Source: Octopus bimaculoides
Lineage: Eukaryota
Reading direction: 5' to 3'
Assembly (NCBI RefSeq): GCF_001194135.2
Contig: NC_068981.1
Location: 36,771,217 to 36,835,216 of the forward strand
Length of the DNA stretch: 64,000 bases
Both the position numbers and the translations under genes were made by a program. Below the pieces are notes generated by a model that saw nothing but the letters and a program-made list of their open reading frames with translations, did no database searches and was not told where the DNA came from. Positions 1 through 11,134 of this stretch are shown one piece after another (within the stretch, counting starts at the first letter, position 1; each line of letters starts with the position of its first letter).

Positions 1-378
1 GTGATAGAACCTAAATGTGTGGAAAGAGCGGTGATTGCAGTTGCTAAATGCTTCGTTATATCGATTAAGTAGAGTGGGAGAATTGTATTTTAAAATATGG
101 AACGCCTCCGTTAGGCAAAGCTTGCAATTGGAGCGCTGGCCCCGGTATGGAGTTCCAGAATCTAAGATGGACCATTTTAAGGTGTATTGGGTATTTTTGT
201 TTTTGAGGTGATGAATATGATTGGCTAATGTTGTAGATTTACTGTATTTGTCGTATCTAAAAGAGTGCAAATGGGCTGCGTAGCGATGTTTAAAGTTTTT
301 AGTTGCACCAATGTACATGGCAGTAGAGTTATGTAATAGATTTTTCACGGTGCATTTATATATTACATTGTATCTTAC
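1..378 (-). mobile_element. Penelope-like element GIY-YIG endonuclease domain, 5'-truncated, runs off window edge
   Basis: Manual translation gives 126 codons with no stop: VRYNVIYKCTVKNLLHNSTAMYIGATKNFKHRYAAHLHSF...TTLANHIHHLKN...WSIL...CKLCLTEAFHIL...LLNRYNEAFSNCNH. VIY..YIG motif; homologous by eye to the PLE at 49.9-50.2 kb. Confidence 0.85.
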
Positions 379-409
379 TCAATATATATGTAAGGAAGCC
401 CATCACATA

Positions 410-705
410 TGCGTGTCTGTGTGTATGTGTATGTGCATGTGTGCATGTGTGTGTGTGTGTGTATGTGTGTGTTCGTGTATGTGTTCTTGTTTATGTTTGT
501 CCTCACCCCACTGCTTGACAACTAATGTTGGTGTGTTTATGTACACTGTACTGTAACTTAGTGATTGGAGAAAAGGGACCGATAGAATAAATACCAGGTG
601 AAAAAAAAGGGTAAATACTGAGGGGTCATTTCATTTCATTAAAATGCTTCACAGTGGAGCTCCAGCATAGCTGCAGTCTATTGTCTGGAGCAAACAAAAA
701 AATAT
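410..705 (+). mobile_element. SINE family B, 3' half with internal (TG)n
   Basis: TGCTTGACAAC..TGTTGGTGTGTTTA..GTAACTTAG..GACCGATAGAATAA..CTCCAGCAT, shared with 21068-21594 and 48361-48840. Confidence 0.7.
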
Positions 706-1014
706 GCAACTATTTTGTTTATAGATCTGTATACATAGCTTGTATGAATTAAAAATATTGTAACTAATATGCATGTATGTAGGTATATATGCCAGTGTAC
801 TTTTGAGTTTGAATGCATCTGAATGTTTATGCCATCATAAATTTTCATGGTAGACGGGAATAACTTAGATGCAATTATTTAAATTGATACATTAAAGAAT
901 GAAATAGAACTACAATTAAAATCAAATCATTATCATGTGTGAAAACTACCATTTAGAAAGTAGTTGCTAAAGTCGCTGAGATATTGATTGGTGTGTATAG
1001 GTAAAATGTTTCCC

Positions 1015-1190
1015 CACAGAATTCATGAAAACATTACACTTATACCATCCCTACCGTCTTCAAATAGGAAGACAACATAAATAATATAGCCTTAGATATT
1101 TCCATAAATATAGGGTGGTCATAGCTGTAATGCCTTTGTTCATAGGTCTGCTCAGTTAGCGTTGACCAAGGGTTGAACAACATCAACAGT
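1015..1190 (+). mobile_element. SINE-like family D fragment ending in a (CAA)-type tail
   Basis: GGTCATAGCTGTAATGCCTTTGTTCATAGGTCTG..GGGTTGAACAACATCAAC, similar to 44490-44718, 42450-42780 and reverse of 15465-15600. Confidence 0.55.
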
Positions 1191-1261
1191 ATCCTCAAAT
1201 GCAACAACGCCTGTGCATAAAAAGACGTTAACTTACTGGATTACTGTGTGCCCTGAGAGAT

Positions 1262-1410
1262 GAAGGTTGGTAGAATGGTTAGGGCATTGAATTAAGTGCA
1301 ACATAGTATTTAATACAGTCATTTATGTTCTGAGTTCAAATCTCACTGAGATCATCTTTACCTTATATCCCTCCAATAAAATAAAGTACCAATCAGGTAC
1401 TGGGTGTGAC
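1262..1410 (+). mobile_element. SINE family A, degenerate
   Basis: TTCTGAGTTCAAAT B-box-like core followed by ..AAATAAAGTACCA..GTACTGGG. Confidence 0.6.
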
Positions 1411-1700
1411 TGCAATGCACCCTAGATATGAATAGAATCATAATAGAAGAAGAATGGACCAAAACAGTTTTCTTTTGATTCCTAATATTTTTTCTTAAAC
1501 TTATTTAATGTCTTTCTAACATCAAAATGAAATTATAAATCTAACATAATAAAAACATAAGAGACAAATAATAATGGTTTCTCTTTTCTTGTATCTCAGT
1601 CACACTGACATAATTAAATAGCAAAAGCTACTTAATCAGCACGAGACATTTACCATAAACAATAGACTTTGTCTCTGACTGAGAAATAATTTATTTTCAT

Positions 1701-1721
1701 CAACACACACACACACACACA

Positions 1722-1775
<54 letters not shown>

Positions 1776-1790
1776 CTCTCTCTCTCTCTA

Positions 1791-1833
<43 letters not shown>

Positions 1834-1835
1834 AA
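1701..1835. repeat. (CA)n-(CT)n-(CA)n compound microsatellite
   Basis: Directly visible. Confidence 0.95.
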
Positions 1836-3193
1836 TACATATTCTTGCATACATAATAAATGTTTCTATTAGGAACACTATTTTTATATTATATTCTTAC
1901 TTCCATTGAGTTTGATATTTTTCCTCTTTATGCAGATACAAATTCTAGTATAAATAAATACATCTATCTAGATTTTTATTGCTTAGTTGGAAAATATAAA
2001 GCAGTGCTCATTGGCATGCCATCTCAATCATTTTCAAATTGAGTAATGTTGATGTAATAACTGTAAAATCTGAAATTATGACAAGCAAGTAAGGTATTCC
2101 AGTGGGGTGTATTTCCGAAGAAGAAGGATTTAGCAAAATGTTTTGTATAGGGTCTTAGTGAGTGATAGAGACAGTAAGAAGGTATTTGTCTGGTTTCCAA
2201 GAAAATTGTATGAAAGGATATTCTTAAACCACTTGATAAAAGATGCTTTAATAATACATATGTTATGCTCAATTTAGAAATCGTATAAAGTGGCTTAATA
2301 TTTGTTCAAATGTTAACACACTCATTAGAGATGAAACTGTATTATGAGACCCCCAGGAGTGACATATCTCTTAGTTATAAGATAAATTTTCTTTGATATT
2401 CATTTTAAACTGCTGATGAAGTTGAATTCTTCAAAAGAATATCACTGAGAAGAAAGTGTGAGATTACATCCTGGACCGGATAGTTCTACACTTATTCTTC
2501 AAAGAAAAGGAGAGAGAGTTGATTTGAGAGGAGATTTTCCTGTGTATTGTATGGAATGAAGAGATAACGAAGACTATATATCAGCTGCATTCACAGAATA
2601 TCTAATACAGGCAATTATAGTAGCAATAGAGCTAACCTCAAGAGACATATTAAATTCTATTGCAATAAAATCTAAACTAATTCAATGTTTCACCAAGAAC
2701 TTCCAAACTTACAAACCAATTAGCATACATATAAAACTTTCTGTCTTTAATACAATTTAACTTTAACTCTCTGTCTTTCTACCTGTCAACTTATTTACTG
2801 AATAGTTTGTCTGATTATCTCTTCACCTATTTATAGCTCAAACTACTCACCTTTTGTTAATTTTCTATCATTATACATAAAATTTATTCAGAGTTGTAGC
2901 TTCTCTTTGTCATTACTCAGAGTTTTCCATTTTCATTTTTCACTCCTCTAGGAAGCAGAAATGCAAACTTCTGAGTAGTGGTAGAGTGAAGCTTCAGCTT
3001 TTAAGTAAATATATAAAGTCTACTTCATACGATTTAGTATGAAGAACTGCCAAGTTATTGAAGTGAGGCAAAAACTGATCTCAAGAAGCTGAACCTCACA
3101 AGAAAATAACAAAAATCTGGCACAAGATACATTTATTTAAGATCGTTGGTGCAAGAAAGGCAAAATGGACCAAAAAAGTGGTAGTAATTGAAT

Positions 3194-3196
<3 letters not shown>

Positions 3197-3229
<33 letters not shown>

Positions 3230-3239
3230 NNNNNNNNNN

Positions 3240-3279
<40 letters not shown>
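3197..3279. repeat. (TG)n microsatellite spanning a 10-N gap (3230-3239)
   Basis: Directly visible. Confidence 0.95.
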
Positions 3280-3282
<3 letters not shown>

Positions 3283-4456
3283 CAATTGTCTATGTATCAT
3301 ATTACATTGGGATTTTCAAACATTATGTTCCAGCTAAGTCTCCACCTTCTGCCCTATCTATTACTCTCTCCTTCTTCACTTAACCCCCTTCTTTTCACTG
3401 TACCAAGTTGCCTGCCTAATAAGGGATGCCATTTGATCTGTCCCTCAGTTTCTTTGATCATGACACCTATGTTACAAAGGATAGCACTGGAGCTGTCTGT
3501 AATCAGTGCCCATGCCCTGACACTGCTTTACTGCTAGCCACCAGTTAACTTCTCCTATATCACTCTTCCTTGATATTTACAACTTTGACCAGCACTCACT
3601 TCAATTGGTATCCATCATCCATTCTCTTTCTCTTATTCCAGGCCATTTTTATAGATATCTCATTACAGTACTCACACTGTTTTTCTATTAAATCCCCAGA
3701 CACTTTACTAGTCTCCCCACCTACCGCTATGTCTCCTTTATCGTACTCATATTATCTCTTCTTTCACACTCTTGATTATCAATCTGTCATCTGTTCATCC
3801 TCTATCTTGTTTGTGTCTTGAATGAATGGTTTTAATATAGAGTAGGGGATGCATTTTAGTCTTGCAGAGGACAAGACAATTTTATCTAGTTGAGCTGGTA
3901 CCACAATAAAATGTACTCTGTATAATCTGTAATGGACAGCAAGCAACCAAAAATAATATTGAGTAGAGAAGAGTCCTTAGTCTTGTTGATGATATAATTC
4001 TATATCTAGTGTTGGCACCATGATAAAATGTATAAAGTATACTTTGTAAAGTGGTTAGTGTTAGAACAGGTATCCCATCATTAAAATCATCATGAAAATT
4101 AGGATATAAGAACAAGCTTTGGTCCTAGAACACATCTAGGATGGCAGTACCTCTGAATTAAAAATAACTTGTGCAATTAAAAACTTCCCAACCCATGGCA
4201 GTATGGAGAATGGATATAAAATAACAGTGGCATATATGTATGGACACATATACATATACATTTACATACGTAAATACATATATGTACACACACACACACA
4301 CGTATAAATATAAATATATATGGAATAATTACTATGAAGCATTTTGTAGAATATATTGTATAAACGATCATGGGTAAGGCCAAAACAATGTGAAGTAAAT
4401 GCAAGGTAAATTACAAGAAAACAAATATATGAATTAATGTAGGCATACCTTGCATT

Positions 4457-4489
4457 CAATATTTCAGGGTTATGACCCCATTTTCAAGA
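4457..4489 (-). ncRNA. Candidate minimal hammerhead ribozyme (U3-A8 variant), left arm
   Basis: Minus strand: UUC-UUGAAAA-U-GGGG-UCAUAA-CCCU-GAAA-UA-UU-G; stem II pairs, GAAA intact. Confidence 0.5.
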
Positions 4490-4854
4490 AACCAAGGAAT
4501 GTTGCCAATGCCCATGTGTGTGAGTGTGTGTGGAGTGGACACGTGAGGAAAGGTGTCACTATAGCAACCAGCTAGCTTCCTGTAACTCTCTTCTGTTGTT
4601 GATATGTGGTTTCTTTTGGTGCATGCGGATGGCCTCCGAGATTCTAAGGTTACCCCTGTTCCACTGTGTTGGGCAACACAATGGAACAGCGGTAACCTTA
4701 GAATCTCGGAGACCATCCTCATACACCAAAGGAGAACAAATATCAACAACAGAAGAGAGTTACAGGAAGCTAGCTTGTTGCTATAGTGACACCTTTCCAA
4801 ATATGTCCACTCCACACATGCTCACACACACGTACATTGCCAACATTCAATAAT

Positions 4855-4890
4855 TTCTTGAAAATGAGGTCATAAACCCAAAATATTGAA
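4855..4890 (+). ncRNA. Candidate minimal hammerhead ribozyme, right arm, decayed
   Basis: UUC-UUGAAAA-U-GAGG-UCAUAA-ACCC-AAAA-UAUU-G; GAAA changed to AAAA at an inferred CpG. Confidence 0.35.
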
Positions 4891-5993
4891 TGCAAGGTAA
4901 ATCTTCATTAATTCATATATTTTTTTCTCTTGTGATTTGCCTTGCATTTATTTACTTCACATTGTTCTGGCCTTACCCACGATCCTTTATTCAATATATA
5001 TATATATATATATATATCTGTAAATAATATGTGACAATTATTCAGTAGCCATGAGAAAACTCCGAGTTTCGGATGCTGGGGCAGAAACACATGCTACCAT
5101 CTCTTCAGTTATCTGGCCATTGAAAAATGCTATGAAAACAAAGGGAAATTACTGTGTGGTTGACCGTTATTAAGACAAAAGAGCTATTAAAATGACCACT
5201 AAATGAGGGGAGGGAGTAAAGGTAAGGGAGTAAAAATGTCCATTGTATTCGCGTAAGCGCACCAGTCCATACATACACATGCGCGCCTGCACACCCATGT
5301 ACATGTGCCTATATGTATATCCTCATCCACCCTCGCTTGAAACACACACATGCTCACCCACACATTCACCAAAAAAATATATATATACCCGCATACACGC
5401 TCACACACACACACATGTGCGCAACATGCTCACACCCATAGACACACACGCAAAAAAGGTTCATACACATATCTATATATGTGCATGCCCAAGAAAAAAC
5501 AGGGCTAATGGCAAAATACAGAAAAAAGTGTGAAAAAGCTACAAGGGCAAAACACGTCTATATACGCACATTCTCGCATGCACGCACACACGTCTATATA
5601 TGCACGTACCCGCACATACACACACATCCACAAGCATGCACAAAAGGTTCCATGTACACGTCTATAGATGCACAGGAAAAAAGCAGGGTGGAAGGGAGAA
5701 TACAGAACAAATGTGTAAAAAATATACAAAACAATATCTCTATAAATATGTAAAAAAGAAATTTAAGTAAAAAGTATAGAGAGATAAAAAGCTTGTACAT
5801 AGACACAATATAGAAAACAAGTCCTATCAGTAATCTCAGGGGGACCAAAAACGTAGCAAATATTGTGGACATGTGGACATGACCCGAAAAGACCGCACTT
5901 TCCGCTGCTGTTGATGTAGGGTTTACACTTGGCTAAGATCTTCCAATGGATGTTGTAACTGACACCTTAAAATAACAAATGGAAATTGTTCAT

Positions 5994-6210
5994 AAGGTGG
6001 CAAGGTGGTAGGATCGTTAGCACATTGGGCAAAATGCTAGGTAGTATTTCGTCCGTCTTCACATTCTGAGTTCAAATTCTACTGAGGTCGACTTTGCCTT
6101 TCACCCTTTCGAGATTGATAAAATAAGTACTAGTTGAGAACTGATGTCAATGCAATTGACTAGTCCTTCCCCCAAATTTCAGGCCTCGTGCTTATAGTAG
6201 AAAGGATTAT
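5994..6210 (+). mobile_element. SINE family A (tRNA-like head)
   Basis: GTTAGCAC..TTCTGAGTTCAAATTC..GAGGTCGACTTTGCCTTTCA..CCCCAAATTTCAGGCC..TAGTAGAAAGGATT. Confidence 0.85.
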
Positions 6211-6584
6211 TTGACATATTACTACTGAAATAATTGATCCGCATTATCAATTTCTTTTGTTGGGTAGACTGTCAGAGGTGCTTAGGGTTGCTGGTCAAAT
6301 AATTGGTTGACTATTCAAATACTGAAATGATATCTGTTCCCTTGTTATGAGCAAAGATAATTCTCTAAAATCTACAGAGATTGGCAAGAAATTGTAAGAA
6401 ATTTAAAAAGAAGCAATGCTCAAGGTCTTTTAAAATGTCAATTGATTGTGGTATCTCTACTGTACTGTTACTACAAAATCACAACATTTTTTATAAAAGT
6501 CCTATGTTCCCATTTCCAATTTCGCTTACTTTTTTCATTTGTAACTTGTAATCTTTCTACTGTAATCAGTTGTTATTGTAACCA

Positions 6585-6803
6585 TTAACTCTTAAGCATT
6601 TAAACTGGCCATATCCAGCCAAAACATTCTACTTATTTTAAGTTCAAACTGGCCAGATCCAACCTCCCACACCTATCCTAGAATGTCATTCTATAAGTAA
6701 CATTCACATCATCCAAATCTCAAAGCTATGAGATAATGCAAGATTAATTCAAAACATTATAAATAAATAAACATTACATTTGAGAGAATTACTAAAGGGT
6801 TAA
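6585..6803. mobile_element. piggyBac-type MITE
   Basis: TTAA at both ends (6585-6588, 6800-6803) with imperfect inverted termini CTCTTAAGCATT / ATTACTAAAGGG. Confidence 0.65.
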
Positions 6804-7029
6804 TGTTGTTATTATTGATATGGAGAGATGAGGCTATTTTCAGGATGGATTACAAGAGGATAATATCAAGGAGTGGTATACTTTTCCTCACTCACAACAT
6901 CAAAGAGTGTTTTAACTCATCACTGTAAGTTAACAAAATGTTAAATACGCAGTATTTCTGTTACCTAGGTCAATCATGATAACAGTCTTTCAGTTTATGA
7001 TTATGTTAGCACAGGCATGGATATATAGC

Positions 7030-7262
7030 AGTGCAGCCATGGCTGTATGGTTAAGAGTTTTCCATCCAACCACATAGTTCTGGGTTCAGTCCCTTGTTTA
7101 AAACACTTTTGTGTCTTCTACTATAGTTCTGGGCCAACCAGAACCTTCTGAGTGGATTTGTTAGGTATAAACTGTATGCTGTCATATACATGTGTGCATG
7201 TTTGTGTATGTTTGTGTGTTTATATCTCCTTGTCATGACATTGCACACTAGTTGTAATACTT
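7030..7262 (+). mobile_element. SINE family B, 5' part
   Basis: TGGCTGTATGG (A box), GGGTTCAGTCCC (B box), TCTTCTACTATAG, GAGTGGATTTG. Confidence 0.75.
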
Positions 7263-7274
7263 CTGATGTACCAA

Positions 7275-7495
7275 GGCAGTGAGCTGGTAGAAACATTAGC
7301 ATGCCGGGTGAAATGCTTAGCAGATTTTCATCTGTCTATATGTTCTGAGTTCAAATTTCACCAAGGTCGACTTTGCCTTTCATCCTACTGGGGTCTATAA
7401 ATTAAGTACCAGTTGCATACTAGGGTCAATCTAATCGACTGCCCCCCCCCACTCCTCAGAAATTTTGGGCCTTATGCCTAGAGTAGAAAAGAATA
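7275..7495 (+). mobile_element. SINE family A, full length
   Basis: GTGAGCTGGTAGAAACATTAGC..GAGTTCAAAT..GCCTAGAGTAGAAAAGAAT. Confidence 0.9.
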
Positions 7496-8269
7496 CTTCT
7501 GATATACTCTATCCTATTTATGGCTCCATACTGTTCACTTTTCTTTTGTTTTGTGTTTTATTGTTTTGGCTACTACTGCAGTTTTTCTTGACTTGACTAA
7601 TTGTTGTAATCCATCTCTTCTTTGATGTAGGTCACCTGAACACTGTATTACAATAAGCTCATTATTATTTTATATCTTATATTTAGATGTTTTCAAACTA
7701 CTATTTATCTTTACATATAGCTAAAGTAATTACTATATGTGAAGATATATGGTTCTGCAGAATGAATTATTTATTACCATAATTTCCTTAAGATCACTGT
7801 TTCTAAGCTGCATTCACTCTGGGGCCAAGTTTTCATACATATGTATTTGAAAGGATATTTGTAAAAAAGGAGAGAGCTAACTTTAAACTAAACTGTATGT
7901 ACTTAAGTAAACAATAAATCATTTAGTCTCCTCTATCACTCCTCTACCTAAACCATTTTAGCAAGTTTATACTTTGAAGTATAATAAAGGTGCTATAATC
8001 TATCTGTGAAGCAAATGAAGATAACTACTTGAAAATGTGGGAAATATACTGATATTTAAAAAAAAAAATTCTTGCCATCATCTAACTTTGATAAATCTGT
8101 TTATTTTTCACGCTTGCATTTTATAAATTAATCATGATACTTTCCTATTTCTGAATTTATTTTCTATTATTTATTGATTTAGTTTTTCATTTATTTATTT
8201 ATTTCTAGCAGCTTTTGAAAATAGTTGTAATTAATCCAATTCACTACATTCTGGTATATATCTCATTGA

Positions 8270-8570
8270 TATGTGTGTGTATACGTGTGTGTATGTGTGT
8301 ATGTATATGTATATATATATGTATATATATATATATATATACTCACACACACACACACACATTCACATACATACAGATGTGCACACATACATGTATATTA
8401 TATATACATATATATATATGCATATATATGTATATACACAGATTCACACACATTCACATATATACACGTGTACACACAAATATATATTACATATACATAT
8501 GTATGTATATATATATATATNNNNNNNNNNTATATTTATATATACATATTTATGTATGTATCTATATAAT
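8270..8570. repeat. Compound TA/CA/TG microsatellite with 10-N gap (8521-8530)
   Basis: Directly visible. Confidence 0.9.
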
Positions 8571-8937
8571 GTCTTGAGGTGTTGAAATAGTAAAAAGAAA
8601 TGAAAGGCTTTTCAAGTAGGTATCGTTACAGAACTTGTTCTCAATGGTATCTAAATTCACATGTAAGATGGCAGTATAAGCATATCTTACCAGAAAGCTG
8701 CTGCCAAGGTCAGAATATTATATGTGACGATGGCATACTTAGGCAAACTAATAACTGGCTTAGCAACAACATTCTTTTAACCAGAGCTAATTTGATATAA
8801 ATGGCAGCAAGAAAGTACGAAGATGACATAATTATCAAATATTGTTGCCTTCAATGTGAAAGATTTTAAATATTTCATATTCATTTCCATTGGTCTTTTT
8901 TCACTATGTTCATTTGTTCACTCATTGCCAATATGTA

Positions 8938-8984
<47 letters not shown>

Positions 8985-9931
8985 NNNNNNNNNNNNNNNN
9001 NNNNNNNNNNNNNNNNNNNNNNNNNNNNNNNNNNNNNNNNNNNNNNNNNNNNNNNNNNNNNNNNNNNNNNNNNNNNNNNNNNNNNNNNNNNNNNNNNNNN
9101 NNNNNNNNNNNNNNNNNNNNNNNNNNNNNNNNNNNNNNNNNNNNNNNNNNNNNNNNNNNNNNNNNNNNNNNNNNNNNNNNNNNNNNNNNNNNNNNNNNNN
9201 NNNNNNNNNNNNNNNNNNNNNNNNNNNNNNNNNNNNNNNNNNNNNNNNNNNNNNNNNNNNNNNNNNNNNNNNNNNNNNNNNNNNNNNNNNNNNNNNNNNN
9301 NNNNNNNNNNNNNNNNNNNNNNNNNNNNNNNNNNNNNNNNNNNNNNNNNNNNNNNNNNNNNNNNNNNNNNNNNNNNNNNNNNNNNNNNNNNNNNNNNNNN
9401 NNNNNNNNNNNNNNNNNNNNNNNNNNNNNNNNNNNNNNNNNNNNNNNNNNNNNNNNNNNNNNNNNNNNNNNNNNNNNNNNNNNNNNNNNNNNNNNNNNNN
9501 NNNNNNNNNNNNNNNNNNNNNNNNNNNNNNNNNNNNNNNNNNNNNNNNNNNNNNNNNNNNNNNNNNNNNNNNNNNNNNNNNNNNNNNNNNNNNNNNNNNN
9601 NNNNNNNNNNNNNNNNNNNNNNNNNNNNNNNNNNNNNNNNNNNNNNNNNNNNNNNNNNNNNNNNNNNNNNNNNNNNNNNNNNNNNNNNNNNNNNNNNNNN
9701 NNNNNNNNNNNNNNNNNNNNNNNNNNNNNNNNNNNNNNNNNNNNNNNNNNNNNNNNNNNNNNNNNNNNNNNNNNNNNNNNNNNNNNNNNNNNNNNNNNNN
9801 NNNNNNNNNNNNNNNNNNNNNNNNNNNNNNNNNNNNNNNNNNNNNNNNNNNNNNNNNNNNNNNNNNNNNNNNNNNNNNNNNNNNNNNNNNNNNNNNNNNN
9901 NNNNNNNNNNNNNNNNNNNNNNNNNNNNNNN
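8985..9931. other. Assembly gap flanked by (TA)n and (TAA)n
   Basis: N run. Confidence 1.
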
Positions 9932-9943
9932 ATGACGATGATG

Positions 9944-9989
<46 letters not shown>

Positions 9990-9994
9990 CAATA

Positions 9995-10538
9995 CTGATA
10001 AATAGTATGAACATGAACCTGGTAAAGTACTAGAAAGTAAGAAATATAAAGTGTTGTGGGATTTTAAAATTCAGACGAACAGAGTAATAGAAGTTGGACG
10101 GCCTGACTTAGAAGTAGTAGTAGACAAAGAGAATGGAAAGTGCCAGATAATTGACTTTACAGTCCCAAATGATGAGAAAGTCAACATGAGAGGTATAGAG
10201 AAAATAGCAATGTACCAGGACCTAGCTGTTGAGTTACAGAGACTATGGAAAGTGCATATAAAATGCTTCCCTGTAGTTATAGGTGCACTGGGAACTATAC
10301 CTAGAAATTTGAACAGATGGATAGGGGATAAGGGCATAAAATCTAGTGGAGAAATCTTGAGAAGTACATGGGAGCATTTGCAGAAAACACTTGAGAAGCA
10401 CTTGCAGAAAACAGCAATGCTTGGAACCACTCAAATACTCCGGAAGGTGCTCAAAAAGTAAGGGGTGTTACCTTAGTTCACTGGTAGTGAATGGCTAACA
10501 CAGTAGTACATCTCTAGCTTTAGAAGCTGTGTAAAGGC

Positions 10539-10569
<31 letters not shown>
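9995..10569 (+). mobile_element. R4/Dong-clade non-LTR retrotransposon 3' end (restriction-like endonuclease, 3' UTR, TAA tail)
   Basis: YEHEPGKVLESKKYKVLWDFKIQT..RPDLEVVVDK..IIDFTVP..EKIAMYQDLAVELQRLW..PVVIGALG; stop at 10461; (TAA)n on both sides. Confidence 0.9.
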
Positions 10570-10882
10570 NNNNNNNNNNAATAATAATACACACACACAT
10601 GTATGCATATATACATAATATATTAAGATTCAGGTGAATTAAGCACTGAAATGGTAAGGTATTGGGTCAGGTCAAAATTAAAATACACAGCAACTATAGA
10701 TGAATACAAATATTGGTTTTGAATTACAGAAAGATACTCAGGTTATGTATACAATTAATTGAACCCTACTGAGTATATTACTGCAGAAATGCACTTTGTT
10801 TTAAATGTACAATCCATAATATACTTTGGAACATGCGAGGAGCAAATTGTAGGAGATGTGAATCATAAATACATAAATAAAT

Positions 10883-11057
10883 AACAAACGGTGGATAGGT
10901 GTCAATTTATTACAGCTGTTTCCAACGAATTTCTTAAGTGATTAATGGGTACGTTACATCATTATAAAAGGCAATTTTCTTCAGACAAGTACATGAACCA
11001 CTGTGTACACAAAATTTGTTGGAAGCAGCTATAATGAATTGACACCTATCCATCGTT

Positions 11058-11062
<5 letters not shown>
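10883..11062. mobile_element. ~180-bp unit with ~50-bp inverted repeats; probable inverted PLE terminal fragment with hammerhead-like motif
   Basis: AACAAACGGTGGATAGGTGTCAATTTATTACAGCTGTTTCCAACGAATTT versus its reverse complement at 11013-11062, about 5 mismatches. Confidence 0.65.
10907..10988 (-). ncRNA. Candidate minimal hammerhead ribozyme
   Basis: UUGU-CUGAAGA-(55 nt, poorly paired)-GAAA-C-AGCU-GUA-AUAA; palindromic helix III loop, 4-bp stem I. Confidence 0.4.
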
Positions 11063-11100
<38 letters not shown>

Positions 11101-11134
11101 AACAACAAGAAGTTGAAAAACAACTTTTGCTATT

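Larger units (their letters stand above)
4351..4999. mobile_element. ~650-bp fold-back palindrome; head-to-head duplicated Penelope-like 3' end (pLTR)
   Basis: Arms pair from ATATATTGTATAAACGATC to GATCCTTTATTCAATATAT around centre TGTGTTG-GG-CAACACA (4665-4680). Each arm read outward encodes a GIY-YIG-like C-terminus (LRISETILIHQRRTNINNRRE..stop), then a hammerhead-like motif. Confidence 0.8.

Noticed and set aside
2952-3004. Plus-strand mini-exon after a strong pyrimidine-rich acceptor
   Set aside because: Only 53 nt, weak donor and no recognisable peptide.
4358-4395. Possible second, inward-facing hammerhead in the outer palindrome arms
   Set aside because: Neither arm has an intact core or valid cleavage triplet.
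4456-4853. Two near-identical opposite-strand ORFs (119 and 109 aa) as a gene pair
   Set aside because: A by-product of the palindrome; the PLE-like frame is a different one.
8691-8773. Minus-strand mini-exon NVVAKPVISLPKYAIVTYNILTLAAAFW with GTAAG donor
   Set aside because: The acceptor lacks a pyrimidine tract and no partner exons were found.
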